Source of the DNA: Eledone cirrhosa
Taxonomy: Eukaryota
Assembly (NCBI GenBank): GCA_964016885.1
Contig: OZ024754.1
Span: 46,271,618-46,335,617 of the forward strand
Reading direction: 5' to 3'
Length of the DNA stretch: 64,000 nucleotides
In this document: positions 1 to 13,197 of the stretch, in pieces
Position numbering within the stretch: the stretch's first letter is position 1
Layout: the number at the start of each line of letters is the position of its first letter
Translations under genes and position numbers: made by a program
Notes under the pieces: generated by a model
What the model saw: the letters and a program-made list of their open reading frames with translations, nothing else
Databases searched by the model: none
Told to the model about the DNA's origin: nothing

Positions 1-71
1 AGTAAGCAGTCAATAGTACTGGTCACCCTTTGAAAAATATCTTTGGTCTTGAACGGTCTGATACCCTAAGC

Positions 72-1157
72 CAGAGTTTCTCAAACGTATTGGGTCCCCA
101 CCCCACCCACTAGTGGCCACGTGATACTCTCAGCGCCGCCAACCTTATTTCAAGAGAGATCTACCTACACGCAGATTCTAAAATATATATAATAAATAAA
201 ATCATTAATTTATATATAATAAATAATATAATATATACTATGTATAAATAAATATTATATATTTTTTAGTTTACTATATTTATATACCTATACATATATA
301 TTAAACTGAAGTTGTCTCTGTGTGTGTGTGTCCCTAATTTTGGCAAAATCTATACCAATCCACATTTCTACTCCGATTGACTTCAAACTTGCATTTATAT
401 ATTTCTTGCGGTCTAAAGATATTAACTGCGGCTTTTATTTTTCAATTTTCTGTTAAAGGCGTTTTTTTTCACTAAAACTTTAAACCATTTTTGTCAGTTA
501 GTTCGGTAATTTTGTTCAAGAGAGACAACTCTTTAGTATTTTGAAAGAGTTACCTCTCTTTATAGACTTTATTATCCTACTTAAACGTACATCCCTTGAA
601 ATTGTTGATGGTGACCCCAATAGTAACTCCGAAGCGTTCGGCATCCGATATAACAGTTCGGTCTATATCAGATTGGGTAGATTTTTGTAACCTTAAAAGT
701 ATCCAACTAAATTCCTTCATGCTCTCCACCACTGCAGTCCCACATGCTTACTGCTCTGTAACTATTATTTTCATTGTACCATAGCACAACAAATACATGT
801 TCGGTTTGTCGAATGCTTTTTTACTTAACCCTATCGTCTTGGCTTTCGTGGGTTGAACATTTTACTCTCAGGCACCCAATTAAGTTAAACCCCTGGTAAT
901 CTACGACAACTTTTTTTTATAAGCACAAAATGTAGACACCATCCCCAGGCCGAGGTATTCCGTACTTCTCTGTACTGTTTCTGAAAGGAGGGATGAACAT
1001 GCCAATCTATGTTTAGAAGCCCGAGCAATGCCGGGCCATTCTGCTAGTAGTATGTATCATTTGATATTTAATATACTGTTATATAATATCTCTTTCTCTT
1101 TCTCTCTCTCCCCCCCCCCCCCCCCAAGAGTGCTAGCGCCCACTTGGAGAACCTTTA
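72..1157. mobile_element. hAT (Charlie-like) non-autonomous DNA transposon, host to a nested Helitron
   Basis: Left end CAGAGTTTCTCAAAC (72); degenerate right end CTTGGAGAACCTTTA (1143-1157); flanking 8-mers CCCTAAGC (64-71) and CCCTAACC (1158-1165) match 7/8 as a TSD. Confidence 0.6.
287..1047 (+). mobile_element. Non-autonomous Helitron
   Basis: 5' TATA-rich start followed by AAACTGAAG; 3' hairpin CCCGAGCAATGCCGGG then CTGCTAG|T; 330-452 closely matches 26310-26437. Confidence 0.75.
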
Positions 1158-1691
1158 CCCTAACCCAAGGTCTCAAACTTAAGGATTCAAAAAGCCATTA
1201 CAACCAGTACAATCAGTATGAGTGGCCAGTTACAACCAGTTTCAACAGAAAGAGGAGAGAGATTTCTGGCTGGATATGGCTGGTTTAAATGCTAAAGGGT
1301 TAAACAGTGATGATTATATATATATATATATATTAACAAACATACACACTTGTAAGTGTGTAATCTTTAATAGGTTGTTTCATGTGCCAACAGAGAAAAT
1401 GGCTGTTGCCATCCAGCCAAAATCTTTATTGGATATATTTCAACTAGAAAATAGTAAAGATAAAATGTTCAGGCTGGCAGGTGTTGACTTCACAAGACAT
1501 TTTTATATTTCTTCCTATCAGCTACTCCCCATGATTTGAATGTCATGTTTGTGAGAGGCCGCTCACCACATACACAAATATACATATGTGTTCAGATGTC
1601 ACCTTACTACAATATATCTTTGTTTCATGATCTGTTCTTTTGTATGCATATGTGTGTATGTATATATATATATATATATGTGTGTGTGCGA

Positions 1692-1725
<34 letters not shown>

Positions 1726-1922
1726 GTTTGGGTTTATGTATTGTATGGACCAATGCATGCATATAAAGATAACGATTGTGAGCATCAAGACACTGCAGTA
1801 TAGAGTAAACTATATGTAAAGCAGTTTTTAATATACCATCATCATCATCATCATTATCACAATCACTGTTTATCAGCTATTTTCCATCATGATGACTATA
1901 CTGATGATTATTGCATATATAT

Positions 1923-2103
1923 AGGCACATGGCTTAGTGGTTAGAGCATTGAGCTTGCAATCGAAAGGTTGTGAGTTCAATTCTCAGACCGGGTGATGTG
2001 TTGTTTCCTTGAGCAAGACACTTTATTTCACATTGTATCAAGCCAGAATCAGTTCCCGTCCCACCCTTGCAAGCAGGGAAAAGCGGACGTAAAATGAAAT
2101 GAT
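1923..2103 (+). mobile_element. tRNA-derived SINE with RTE-type 3' tail (internally deleted)
   Basis: A-box-like TGGCTTAGTGG, B-box-like GAGTTCAATTC, core TCCTTGAGCAAGACACTT, tail GGACGTAAAATG; same family as 18375-18704 (-). Confidence 0.75.
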
Positions 2104-2161
2104 GTGTGTGTGTGTGTGTATATATATATACCTATGTGTTTGTATATATATATAAATATAT

Positions 2162-4765
2162 ATCATCATATCATCATCGTTTAACGTCCATCTTCCACGC
2201 TAGCATGGGTTAGACGGGAGTTGTCCCAATTTGAGGCAAGGTTGGTCGGGTTACCGTGTCTCGCTCATATAGGACTATCTGGCAGGTTTTCTATGGCTGG
2301 ATGCCCTTCCTAACACCAACCACGTTTACAGTGTGGACTGGGAACTTTTTACCATGTTACCTACATGGCCACATTACAGCGTGGACTGTGTTTTTTGTCA
2401 TGACACCTACACAATCTCGATCTCCATCTCATTTTCTCATTTATTTGGACTGGAGTCTTGGTGGGAGTGGGAGGATGGAGTAGGGATAGTGTATATTTGG
2501 TTAAGAGGTGCCTACTGACTGTAGGTTTCGCTTTGTACGTAGGCAAGGCGGGTATTCTGTATTACTGCGTGGTAAAAAGATCTCAGTCCAGTGACATTGT
2601 CACTTCCATCAATTTTGATCGCCCTGCACTTTTTTATACAGCTGTCATCTTTCATGCGCATCACGTGACCATACCAACGTAGTCTTCTCTCAAGTAAACA
2701 GCATCAGATCCCTATTAGTCCTAATTTCTCACTTAGTTCATTTATGCTTTGCCGTTCACGTATATTGCTATTACACATCCAGTGGAGCATGCATGCTTCG
2801 TTCCTTTCCAGTCTACGCAGGTCCTCTGCACACAACGCCCATGTCTCACTGCCATGTAGCATTGCTGTTTGTATACAGGCATCATACAATCTGCCTTTCA
2901 TTTTTAGAGAGAAACCTTTTGTGGCCAACAACGGTATAACCTCTCTGAACCTTTTCCATCCCGTTCTGACTCTGGCTACTGTATTTTCAGAGCACCCACC
3001 ACCACTGCTGATTTTGTCACCCAGGTAACCATCTGGGCAATAGAAGGAGCTAGTATCCTGTGGGCACTTGTTACTTATTACACCTGAGCATCGGCCACAT
3101 ATAAAATCTACATTCTTAGATAGTTTACCTGTGATCCCACTACATCTTTTATGTACCCATAGTTTGCATTTGGGCCATAAAATGGAATTTCTACCTACTC
3201 CTTTCCTACACACTGAGCATGGCCATTTCCCTGAGGGCACCGGTGCCCTATTTTCCTTTCTACAAACTAGAACTTTAGACTTAGACAAGTTAACTTTAAG
3301 GCCTTTTGATTCTAGGCCATGCTTCCATGTTTGGAATTTCTTCTCTAGTTCAGCCATAGATTCAGCTGTGAGAGTTAGATCATCTACGTATAGGAGTTCC
3401 CATGAGCAGCCTGAAGGGCAATAATAAATAGGAGGGGGCTAAGGACAGAGCCTTGATGAACACCAACTTTTACACTAAATTCTTCACTATATTCATTGTT
3501 AATTGTAACCTTACTGACTGTTTCTTTATACATGGCTTGTATAGCTCTCACAAGCCATTCATCTACACCTAGTTTTCTATGAGCCCACCAGATAATGGTG
3601 CGGGGGACTTATCCTGTAGTTGTCGTACAAGGAAAAGAGCGTCTGTGGTACTTTTACCTGACACAAATCCAAACTGCATTTCATCGAGATCAATTCACTC
3701 TCTGATTAGTTGCGCTATAACTCTTTCTGTGACCTTCATGACCTGGTCAACTAACTTAATGCCTCTAGAGTTTCCCCTATCTAGAGCATCCCCTTTATCC
3801 TTGTAGCAGTTAATGATGATGCTGCTACGCCAGTCTTTTGGTATGACCCCAATCTGTATTACTTGGTTTACTATACGGGTGACCATAGTATGTCCCACCA
3901 TTCCAGATGCCTTCAACATCTCAACAACTATCTCCGAAGGCCCAGCTGCTTTGCCTGTCTTCATATCTTTGATTGCCTTACTTATTATACTATCTTTAAC
4001 TTGCACCGCTAGTCCTTCTATTGGATCGATTTGGGGCAGACTATCTTTTTCCCATTTATTCTCCTAATTTAATAGTCTCTCGTAGTGACACTTCCAAGCT
4101 ACCTTCTTATCAGTATCAGTGAGGGCAAGTACACCATTATCATTACGGACACACTTCTCCCCGACAATATCACGGTTTTCCTTGACACATTGTTTAGCAA
4201 TCCTGAGCATCTCATGTTTTTGTTCTTCACGTTGTAGAACATGCTTGAACTTTTTATCCTCTGCTTCCCTTTTTGTAAGGTACACTTGTCTTCTAGCTTC
4301 TCTCTTGGCCACTTGATAGTGTTCTCTACTTCCCCCATCCTGCCATACTTTTCAAGCCTGCTTTTTGGCCTTGATTGTCTCCTCCACCTTACTGTTCCAT
4401 CACCAAGTTACTCTCCTCCTACCAATAGGTCTGCTCCAGCCACAGATTTCATCCGTCGCTTTCAGCAGGTTCACTTTCAAGAATTCCCACTGTTCCTCTA
4501 TATTGTACGTCTCTAATTGCTCTTCCTTATTGTCAAAGGCATCAAATAATAAGCTTTTAAATTTGTCACTGGCTATGGGGTCCTTTAACTTCCATATTCT
4601 TCTCCTCAAGGTAGTCTTCCTCTGCCGTTGAGTACGTCTATTCCTGACTATGAGGTCACTAACTACTAGACTATGTTGGGCGGTGCATTTAGTGTTTACA
4701 ACAGACACTTTGTCACGTCTTCTAGTAAGTATATAATCTATCTGGCTGACGTGTTCCCCTGATCT
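2162..4765 (-). mobile_element. Decayed RTE-clade LINE (C-terminal endonuclease part, RT, 3' UTR, (TGA)n tail)
   Basis: ORFs 4400-4885, 4064-4312, 3695-4006 and 2704-3357 give SQIDYIL, VTWW, GKAAGP, RGIKL, GVHQGSVLSPLLF and LHGSETW; many frameshifts; ATC repeats at 2162-2178. Confidence 0.92.
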
Positions 4766-5103
4766 ATATATAAATATATGAGAGAGGGACAAGAGATAGA
4801 AATGCGTGTGTGTATATACATAGATGTGTGTGTTTGTATATATATAATGTGTGAGGTACAAGAGATAGATATATTGTGAAGACAATTGTTATGTGTGTTG
4901 TGTCAAAGACACTGGGTGGCAATGTACTTCTAGATATCAACATCACCATACATCACAGCTGTGTTACAGAGTAACCAACCAACCACTAGGCTGACATTAT
5001 CTTGTAGGGAGATAGAAGCTCTCTCGGTGTTAACATATTTTGATAAGATCAACAGTAATATTTTTGAGTGGAGAAAAATAATAATTTTACTTCCTAATTA
5101 CAA

Positions 5104-5465
5104 TTGTTACGATCGCAAATACAAGCGGCCGAGATGGGATTCCTCCGAAGGGCCTTTGGAGTAACGTTACATGATAAAGTGCATAGCTTGGAGATCAGAG
5201 GGTCACTCCAGGTAGAGCTGCTATTTCTCCAAATTGAGATATCACAGCTCCAATACTATGGGACAAGGTTAGAATGTCTTAGGAAAGAATCTAGGGGTAG
5301 ACACCGAGCAAGATGGCTGGATAACATCCATGAGCTTGGCTGGTCATGCTTGGGGATCCAGCCAGATTAATTGGAGATGGTTGCTTCTGGCAGGACCTGC
5401 TGGAAGGAGTATTTGATGACTCTGCCCCTACGACCCTCTCTGGAATAAGTGGTTGAAGAAGAAAA
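5104..5465 (+). mobile_element. 3' fragment of a second RTE-like LINE family
   Basis: RSQIQAAEMGFLRR...IRGSLQVE...RWLDNI, typical of RTE C-termini, ending in a GAAGAAGAA tail. Confidence 0.7.
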
Positions 5466-5677
5466 AAAAATAATATTCTTATTTATCTTTGAAAACCTGA
5501 AGAAAGGGATGATGGAGGTGTCGTTATTTTCTCTCTACTCCTGAAGCAGAATTAGTAGTAGAGTCTTTCTTGTAATTCGTGAAAGAAAGGGTCATTATCA
5601 AAACATATGTAAAGGGCCATGTTGATTAGGGATTATTATCACTGAATGGTAGAAGAGAAAGAGAGAGTCTAAGTTAA

Positions 5678-5820
5678 GGGTTGTTTTATCTCTGCATCAT
5701 TTTTTAAACCTGTAGTCCTGAACTGGAGGTTACGCTGTGATGCAACATGAAATGACTTTGTCACTGTCTGATGTTTCATATTTTATACATCTTAAACATT
5801 GATAATGTCAAACATCTCTC
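5678..5820. repeat. ~140 bp block duplicated almost identically at 7643-7790
   Basis: TTGTTTTATCTCTG...CTGTAGTCCTGAACTGGAGG...GATAATGTCAAACAT occurs twice, each followed by (CT)n. Confidence 0.9.
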
Positions 5821-5871
5821 TCTCTCTCCCTCTCCCTCTCTCTCAACGTCTATCTTCCACGCTAGAATGGA

Positions 5872-5904
<33 letters not shown>

Positions 5905-5908
<4 letters not shown>

Positions 5909-7005
5909 AAGACTAAGGTTCTTGTAAGTAGACGAGAAAACAGAACCTAGATCCCCTCACGGAAATGGCTTTGCTCAGTATGTAGGAAAGGTGTAGGTAG
6001 GAACTCCATCCTCTGCCCCAAATGTAAACAATGGGTACACACAACAGATGTAGTGGGTAGTGGAATCTCAGGAAGTTTAACTAAGAATGCAGACTTCATA
6101 TGTAGCAGCTGCGCTGGGACAGCAAGAAGCAAACGATCACAGGAAACAAGCACCACCAAACTCTGGGAGGGCTCTGTAAAAACAGTAGACAGCTTCTGCT
6201 ACCTAGGTGACTGAATTAGCAGCGGAGGTGGGTGTTCGGAAAGTACAATAGCTAGGGTAAGAACGGGACGGAAGAAGTTCAGGGCCTCAAAATGAAAGGC
6301 AGACTGTATGATGCGTGTATATGAACAGCAATGTTACATGGAATTGAAACCTGGGCGCTGTCTGTAGAGGACTTGCGCAGAATAGAAAGAAACGAAGCTT
6401 GCATGCTCCGATGGATGTGTAATAGTAATATACGCGAACGGCAAAGTATAAACGAATTGAGAGATGAGCATAAGAGGAATCAAATGCTGTGTGCAGGAGA
6501 GGAGGTTTCGTTGGTATGGACATGTGATGCGTATGAAGGATGACAACTGCATAAAATGATGCAGAGCACTAGAAATCGATGGAAGCCGCGGAGTGGGGAG
6601 ACCCAAGAAGACCTGGGATGAGGTGATAAAGGCCGACCTTACCCAATTGCACCTCTCAAGTGCAATGACACACAACCGTGACCTCTGGCGTCATGCAGTA
6701 ATGCAGAAGACCTGACCCCACCACAGGAACAAGCCGAAGCTGAAGCATATAGACAATATGCCACGGCAAAAAAGCACCCAGCCCACACTGTAAAGTGGAC
6801 GTCTAGGCTCCACGGAAAAAAAGCACCCAGCACTCACTGTAAATGAGGTTGGTGTTAGGAAGGGCATCCATCTGTAGAAATCAATCCAGAATCAGTTCCT
6901 GTATGAGCAAGACAAGGCCAGCCGACTGGACACTGCTCACAACAGGACAACCTGTCTAACCCATGCTAGCATGGAAGAACGGACGTAAAACGGTGATGAT
7001 GATGA
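5905..7005 (+). mobile_element. 5'-truncated RTE LINE (3' part and 3' UTR)
   Basis: KTKVL, Cys-rich insert, FCYLGD, LHGIETW, RPKKTW, 3' UTR TGGTGTTAGGAAGGGCATCCA, (TGA)n tail. Confidence 0.88.
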
Positions 7006-7109
7006 TATATATACAACTAACTGTCTGTGTAAGGTGTGTGTATGTATATATATATATATATATATACATATATGTATGTATATATATGATATATATATAT
7101 ATATATATA

Positions 7110-7250
7110 TTCATCAGGCTGATTTCTTTCGAATGAAAAAGTTCTAGTCCTGCAGGAGCCATTTCTATATCAAACTTGATTTTTACATCCCACTAATGTA
7201 TTGAGTACCTTAATTACTGTGGTTACCCGTGATTGAACCCGAGACTGACC
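7110..7250 (+). mobile_element. Copy of the hammerhead-bearing small element of 37575-37737, core decayed
   Basis: GAATGAAAAAGTTCTAGTCCTGCAG...TATTGAGTACCTTAATTACTGTGGTTACC matches 37628-37715. Confidence 0.7.
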
Positions 7251-7781
7251 TATATATGTACATATATTTAGCTACAGCTAACTGGCTATACAAGGTCTGT
7301 GTATATAGATATATATATATATACTGGTTTCCACCTGTTGATAGTGGAGCAATAACATTGTTAGAACTCAATGTATCCTTGAAGAGATGGTTTCAGTGAG
7401 ATTAGGCAGTGAGTCCTATAGGTTTAGTGGTAGGTGCTCTTTGCGTAAGGTTTCCTCAAAGAATCTGCTCAAGTTACAGAGCCACATATATGTGTGTGTA
7501 TTGAATAATGAAAATAAAACAAAGGTCACAGGGTAGATTGAACATGATAAGACAAAATATTGACTAGGAGGTAGTGGTTATGTTGCTACCTGTTTGTGAG
7601 GTGCAATAGATCAAGGATTTCGAGAAAGAGAGGTGTAACTAAGGATTGTTTTATCTCTGACTGCATCATTTTTTAAACCTGTAGTCCTGAACTGGAGGTT
7701 ACGCTGTGATGCAACATGAAATGACTTTGTCACTGTCTGATGTTTCATATTTTATACATCTTAAACATTGATAATGTCAAA

Positions 7782-7817
<36 letters not shown>

Positions 7818-9089
7818 CTCTCTCTCTCTCTCTCTTCTCTCTCTTCTCTCTCTCTCTCAAGTAGAAATGTATGGCTATATAGCTCCAACTAACTGGCTAT
7901 TCAAGGTGTGTATATATATATATATAAATTTCCACATGGTGATGTTGGGGCCGATAACAATGTCAAACATTTATCTCTCTCTCTCATACATACCAACTAG
8001 ATAAAAGGCAGGTGTGTAACGTGCTAACCCCCCCCCCCCCCCTCATGTTATATTAAAGGCAACTACAACCAATCAGCTATAATAAAAATAACGTGCTTTG
8101 ATCATTATTAATGCAATATGTAAAATGAAATAACCAGAAATCAAGTTAGCTCCCTTGTCCTACTCCATAATCCCTATAATAGATATACAGTTGTCTCCTG
8201 GTATTCTGGGGGGGGGGGGGGGGGGGGTAAATTTCCTAGAGCACCCACAAATATTGGACATGGTCCTTAAAAATCCCTTAAGCGTCGAAATACGACATAA
8301 AGTATAATAGGGGTAGGGGGGCGTCTTTTGGGAAGGGGTGTCCAATAGGCCAGCAAATACAGTATATTCTTATTAATTTAGCTATAAAAATATATATATT
8401 GCCCCGAAAAAAGAGCCATTAAAAAATTGCAGAGATTATTTATTTTTTGCAGGGGGTTAAAGTTGAGAAAACAATCCCAATACACTCACTCCTGGTGTTT
8501 GCCCTGCTGTAGTGCAGATTCTACTCATATTTGCATTGGTACCCATTGGTGTAACCACAATGTTGCTCTAATCAGCAAACCACTTCATCTGATATTAGAA
8601 CCCACTGGTGTGGTGGTGGGAGGGGGGATTTGAACTTGGAACACAAAGAACTGGAGCAGATACAAGAAATATTTCTATTCAATGTTCTAGTTATTCTACT
8701 AATTCAGTGTTTATCTTGGTTGCACTTTAGCAATGTGTGTAATGATTTATGTAAATGCACCTTTATATTTACTATTGTATTTTTGCTGTAAAGGCTTTAT
8801 CTCAAACAATTATCTCACATAATATCGAATGTATGAGATTTTAATATTATTTATTTTGAGAATAACACCTTAACATTGATATGAGAGGCCAGCTTAAATG
8901 CTAAATGGTTAATATTGCATCATTTCAATCTAAAATGTACACATATATGGAAATGACTAAAAACTATAAGACATTTTTATGTTCGTTTATCCAATCTTGC
9001 ATGGGTTGGATGAGTTTTCTCTAGCATTACTGCCTAAGTTTTTTCCCCATTTTCTGTTTCCTTCCACTTGGAGCTCGTGGCACTTCTTC

Positions 9090-9430
9090 ATCCATACATG
9101 TCACATGCCCATACCACAGCATTTTTTTCACATACACACTACATCTAAATTCCTCTTATACCCAGTTTCTCCTTCAACTCATCTGTGTTGTCTTGTTCAT
9201 ACACACTAACATTACACATCCAATGAAGCATGCTAGCCTCATTTCTTTCTATCCTTCACACATCTGTATTTAAAGCCCATGTCTCACTACCATTTAGCAT
9301 CACACTTTGTACACAAACATCACACAGTATTCCCTTCTCTTGGTGAGGGAAACCCTTCTTTGCCAGCAGAGATAGTAGCTCCCGGAAATTTTTCTACCCT
9401 TATTCTGGCTACTGTCTTTTCAAAGCACCT
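9090..9430 (-). mobile_element. RTE LINE 3' coding fragment
   Basis: Reverse strand reads toward LNGSETWALN...EASMLHWMC, homologous to the other RTE copies. Confidence 0.7.
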
Positions 9431-9887
9431 ATATTAGAAATCAGTATTTCAAATTGCATACTAAATATACTTAATTATACATAAATATTATATAATACCA
9501 AGTATTAGCCGTTTGATAGGTTTGTGGTAGAGTCTGTATCAGTGGATGATATTGGCATTCTAGACTTCCGGACCACATCCCTATTCACTGCTATCAGAGC
9601 AGAGTTGACAACCTGTAGGTGCAACAAGCCCTGCAAGGTTGAGTGGCTGTACCAGCACATCTCACTTACCATACTCTGGAGCAATGTATTCTCCATCCTA
9701 TTGGCCGAGATCAAGAAGTAGAGGATACTTGTTAGGGCATCATTTTCTCAATAACTAATATATCACAACTATATTAGGAGAATGAAAGAAGGTTGAGAGA
9801 TTAGTAAAAATAACCCACACCAGAATGTAATTTCTAATGATATAATCCTTTACTTCTTTTGTATTCTGTACATGTAGTAATATTATG

Positions 9888-10068
9888 GTGAATTGGTAGA
9901 GCGTCGGTCAACATGCTTTACAATCTGAGTTCAAATCCTGTTGAGGTTAGCTTTGCCTTCCATCCTTACGCGGTCGATAGACTAATGTACCAGCAATACA
10001 CTCGGGTCGATTTAATCTAATTTCCCCTTACCAACAATTGTTGGCTTTGTGCCTAAATCAGAAACTAA
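9888..10068 (+). mobile_element. tRNA-derived SINE (second family)
   Basis: CTGAGTTCAAATCC B-box, CTTTGCCTTCCATCC core, TGTGCCTAAATCAGAAAC tail; same family as 33430-33610, 36010-36200 and 39550-39730. Confidence 0.7.
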
Positions 10069-10521
10069 TATTATATAATAATAATAATCATTTTTTTATT
10101 TATTTTTCAGAGTTTTTCCGTCTGATGTGATCAAAAAATCTCCAAGACTGTGCCATGCCACTTCCATCATTAAATGGGAACTGCTGATCCTTTTTTTTTT
10201 TTTTTATGCTCAAAGACTTTATTTATTGTATGTATTTATTTATTTATTGAATTGACTTTTTGTCCGACAACTGTCATAAAGATGAAGCCATACACCTCCC
10301 TAAGAACAAACATTGCAATAATAAGGAAACCGTTATCACTATTTCATCGAGGCAGAACAAAAGACCATGTAACCATATTCTCGTTCCACTCTCAACCAAA
10401 AATGGCTGCCCATATTGTATGTTTATTGTTGTAAGTGTAATACACACACATCTTCAAGTAATGCACTAAATATAAACTTGATGATATGAATATTGTTGTT
10501 ATTGTTATTATTGTTGTTGCT

Positions 10522-10740
10522 GTTGATCCTGGCTTATGTTACACATCACATAGCTACATTTTTATCTTATGTCTTAAATATGCCATGCATCACATCACAT
10601 GTTTTGATCCTGTCTTAATTATGCTACAAATCACATCACCACATGTTTTGATCCTGTCTTAATTATGCCACACATCACATCACATGTTTTGATCCTAGGT
10701 CTACAGTTGCCATACATCACCACATGTTTTGATCCTGTAT
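10522..10740. repeat. ~38-40 bp minisatellite, about 5 copies
   Basis: Repeating CACATCACATGTTTTGATCCTGTCTTAATTATGC unit. Confidence 0.85.
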
Positions 10741-11649
10741 CTTCTACAGTTTTCTTCTATCCAAGTGTAATGTTCACTCTCAACACACAACACTTCACCA
10801 ACCACAGATCAACTATTCACATTACTTACCATATACCTAAATATGTCCACTTATGCCTTTAATATTCAGTCTTCTGGTTTTATTGTACAATACCGAGTCG
10901 TGCAAGTTGACATTACAAAGGCTTTCTTTTCAGAGTCTGCCAACATATGAAACTCTACAACTGTCTCTTAACCCTTTTGATACCAATTCACCTGGAAACC
11001 CCTATGGTTTTACTATAGAACTTTTGTTAATTAATTTTCCAGCCACCAACCTGCTGATCAAAAAAATTTGAAAAATTTTAGTCCCTCTATGGCTCATAAC
11101 AGGACCCAGTAACATGGCTCCATTATGAGTATGGCTTGGCGCAGGCAACTGACCTGACCTCCCTCATAATGGGATTACCCAGCTCCCAAATTATGGTTTC
11201 AGTGTGAGCTGGTTAAGGCACAGCCAACTAGCCAGACCCTCCTCATAACAGTTCTATCGAGTTTCACACTCTAAACATGGTTGGCGTTAGGACGGGCATC
11301 CAGCTGTAAAAATCCCATCCAAAATACAATTCCATCTGAGCAAAGTATGGCACGTTCAGCTGACCAGACTTTTCTCATGATGTGGGCAACCCATCTAACC
11401 CATACAAGCATTATAAATTGGATGTTAAATGGTCATGGAAAAGATGACAGTTGTGGCAGACATTGGAGATTTACACAAATAAAGAAATTGACAGTCATTG
11501 AAAGAGACAGAGTAATGTTTGTGTGTTTATATAAGATATTTTGTTGGTGGGCACTTGAATTTAATTATATAAGTATCAGTTTACATTGTTGACTCACCAA
11601 AGTTATTTATATACGTGTGTGTGTGTGTATATATATAATATATAAATAT

Positions 11650-12160
11650 ATGACGGTAGCCACGGAGTAGGCAGACCCAGAAAAACATGGGACGACTTGA
11701 TAAATTCCGACCTCACACACTTACACCTCTCCAAGACAATGTCACTGGACCGAGATCTTTGGCGCTACACAGTAATAGAGAAGACACGCCTTACCTAAAT
11801 ACAAAGTAAAACCTACTACAGTCAGTAGGCACCTCTAACAAAATTCACCCACACCACTCCTTTCAATGTAAAGTTATGTTGGTACCACAACATCCAGGCC
11901 GAAACAAATGAGGTCGTGTAGGTGTCATGACAAAAAAAAACACAGTCCACGCTGTAATGTGGCCGTCTAGGCAACACGGTAAAAACCTCCCAGTTCCACA
12001 CTGTAAATGTGGTTGGTGTTAGGAAGGGCATCCAGCCGTAGAAAACCCGCCAGACAGTCCTATGCGAGCAAGACAACCACTGTTGCATCAAGTGGGAAAA
12101 CTCCCGTCCAAACCCATGCAAGCGTGGAATATGGACGTTAAACGATGATGATGATGATGA
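11650..12160 (+). mobile_element. RTE LINE 3' end with 3' UTR and (GAT)n tail
   Basis: GRPRKTWDD; 3' UTR nearly the reverse complement of 2165-2530; tail GATGATGATGATG at 12144-12160. Confidence 0.88.
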
Positions 12161-13005
12161 TAGCATGGCCAAGAATCAAAAGGCCTTAAAGTTAACTTGG
12201 GAAATGGCCATGCTCAGTGTGTAGGAAAGGAGTAGGTAGAAATTCCATTTTATGTCCCAAATGCAAACTATGGGTACATAAAAGATGTAATGGGATCACA
12301 GGTAAACTATCTAAGAACAGATTTTATATGTGGTCGATGCTCAGGTGCAATAAGTAGCAAGTGCCCACAGGATACTAGCTCTTTCAATTGCCCAGATGGT
12401 TCTATAGAAATAATGAACACTTTCCGTTACCTGGGTCACAAAATCAGCAGTGGTGGAGGGTGATCTGAAAGTACAGTAGCCAGAGTCAGAACGGGATGGA
12501 AAGAGTTCAGAGAGCTTATACGGCTGTTGGCCACAAAAGGTTTCTCTCTAAAAATGAAAGGCAGATTGAATGATGGCTGCATACAAACAGCAATGCTACA
12601 TGGCAGTGAGACATGGGCATTACGTGCAGACTGGAAAGGAACAAAGCATGCATGTTCCGTTGGATATGTAATAGTAATATACGTGAACGGTAAAACATAA
12701 ATGAACTAAGTTAGAAATTAGGAATAAGAGGGATCAGATGCTGTTTACTTGAGAGAAGACTAGTGATATGGTTACGTGATGCACATGAAAGGCGACAGCT
12801 GTACAAAAAAGTGCAGGGTAATCAAAATTGATGGAAGTTACGGAGTAGGTAGACCCAGAGAGACCTGGGACAATGTGGTAAATTCCAACCTTACACATTT
12901 GCACCTCTTTAACACAATGTCACTTGACCAAGATCTTTGGTGCCATACAGTAATACAGAAGACCCGCCTTGCCTATGTACAAAGCAAAACCAACAGTCAG
13001 TAGGC
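12161..13005 (+). mobile_element. Decayed RTE LINE 3' coding fragment
   Basis: ESKGLKVN, KWPCSVCRKGVG, FRYLG, LHGSETW, GRPRETWDNVV. Confidence 0.88.
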
Positions 13006-13051
13006 ATCCCCAGCCACATTAAAACGTACTGGGTGTGTTTATTGTGTAGAT

Positions 13052-13197
13052 CAAGCATATCAAGTCAGGGTGCCCCGAGGGTCACATATGTGTTGTCTGA
13101 GGGCCGCATATTACAACTAATTTTTCTTTATATTACGAAGATAAAACATGCTCATGCTGTAAAAACCTTTGTGGGGGCCGCATGTTTGACATGCCTG
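13052..13197. mobile_element. hAT MITE
   Basis: Ends CAAGCATATCAAG / TTTGACATGCCTG; exact 8-bp TSD GTGTAGAT at 13044-13051 and 13198-13205. Confidence 0.85.

Noticed and set aside
1923-1995. tRNA-like sequences (also 18635-18704, 39550-39635)
   Set aside because: No complete cloverleaf and continuous with SINE bodies; these are SINE heads, not tRNA genes
5470-5600. CTGAAGA/CTGAAGC...GAAA motifs (and CTGATGAG at 16765)
   Set aside because: Stems I and III are missing; consistent with chance matches
10090-10200. Strong splice acceptor TTTATTTTTCAG at 10110 (similar ones at 36259 and 36597)
   Set aside because: No recognisable coding sequence or partner exons; such motifs are common in AT-rich DNA
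10522-10740. Regularly spaced repeats resembling a CRISPR array
   Set aside because: The inter-repeat sequence is itself repeated; eukaryotic context with no cas genes; it is a minisatellite
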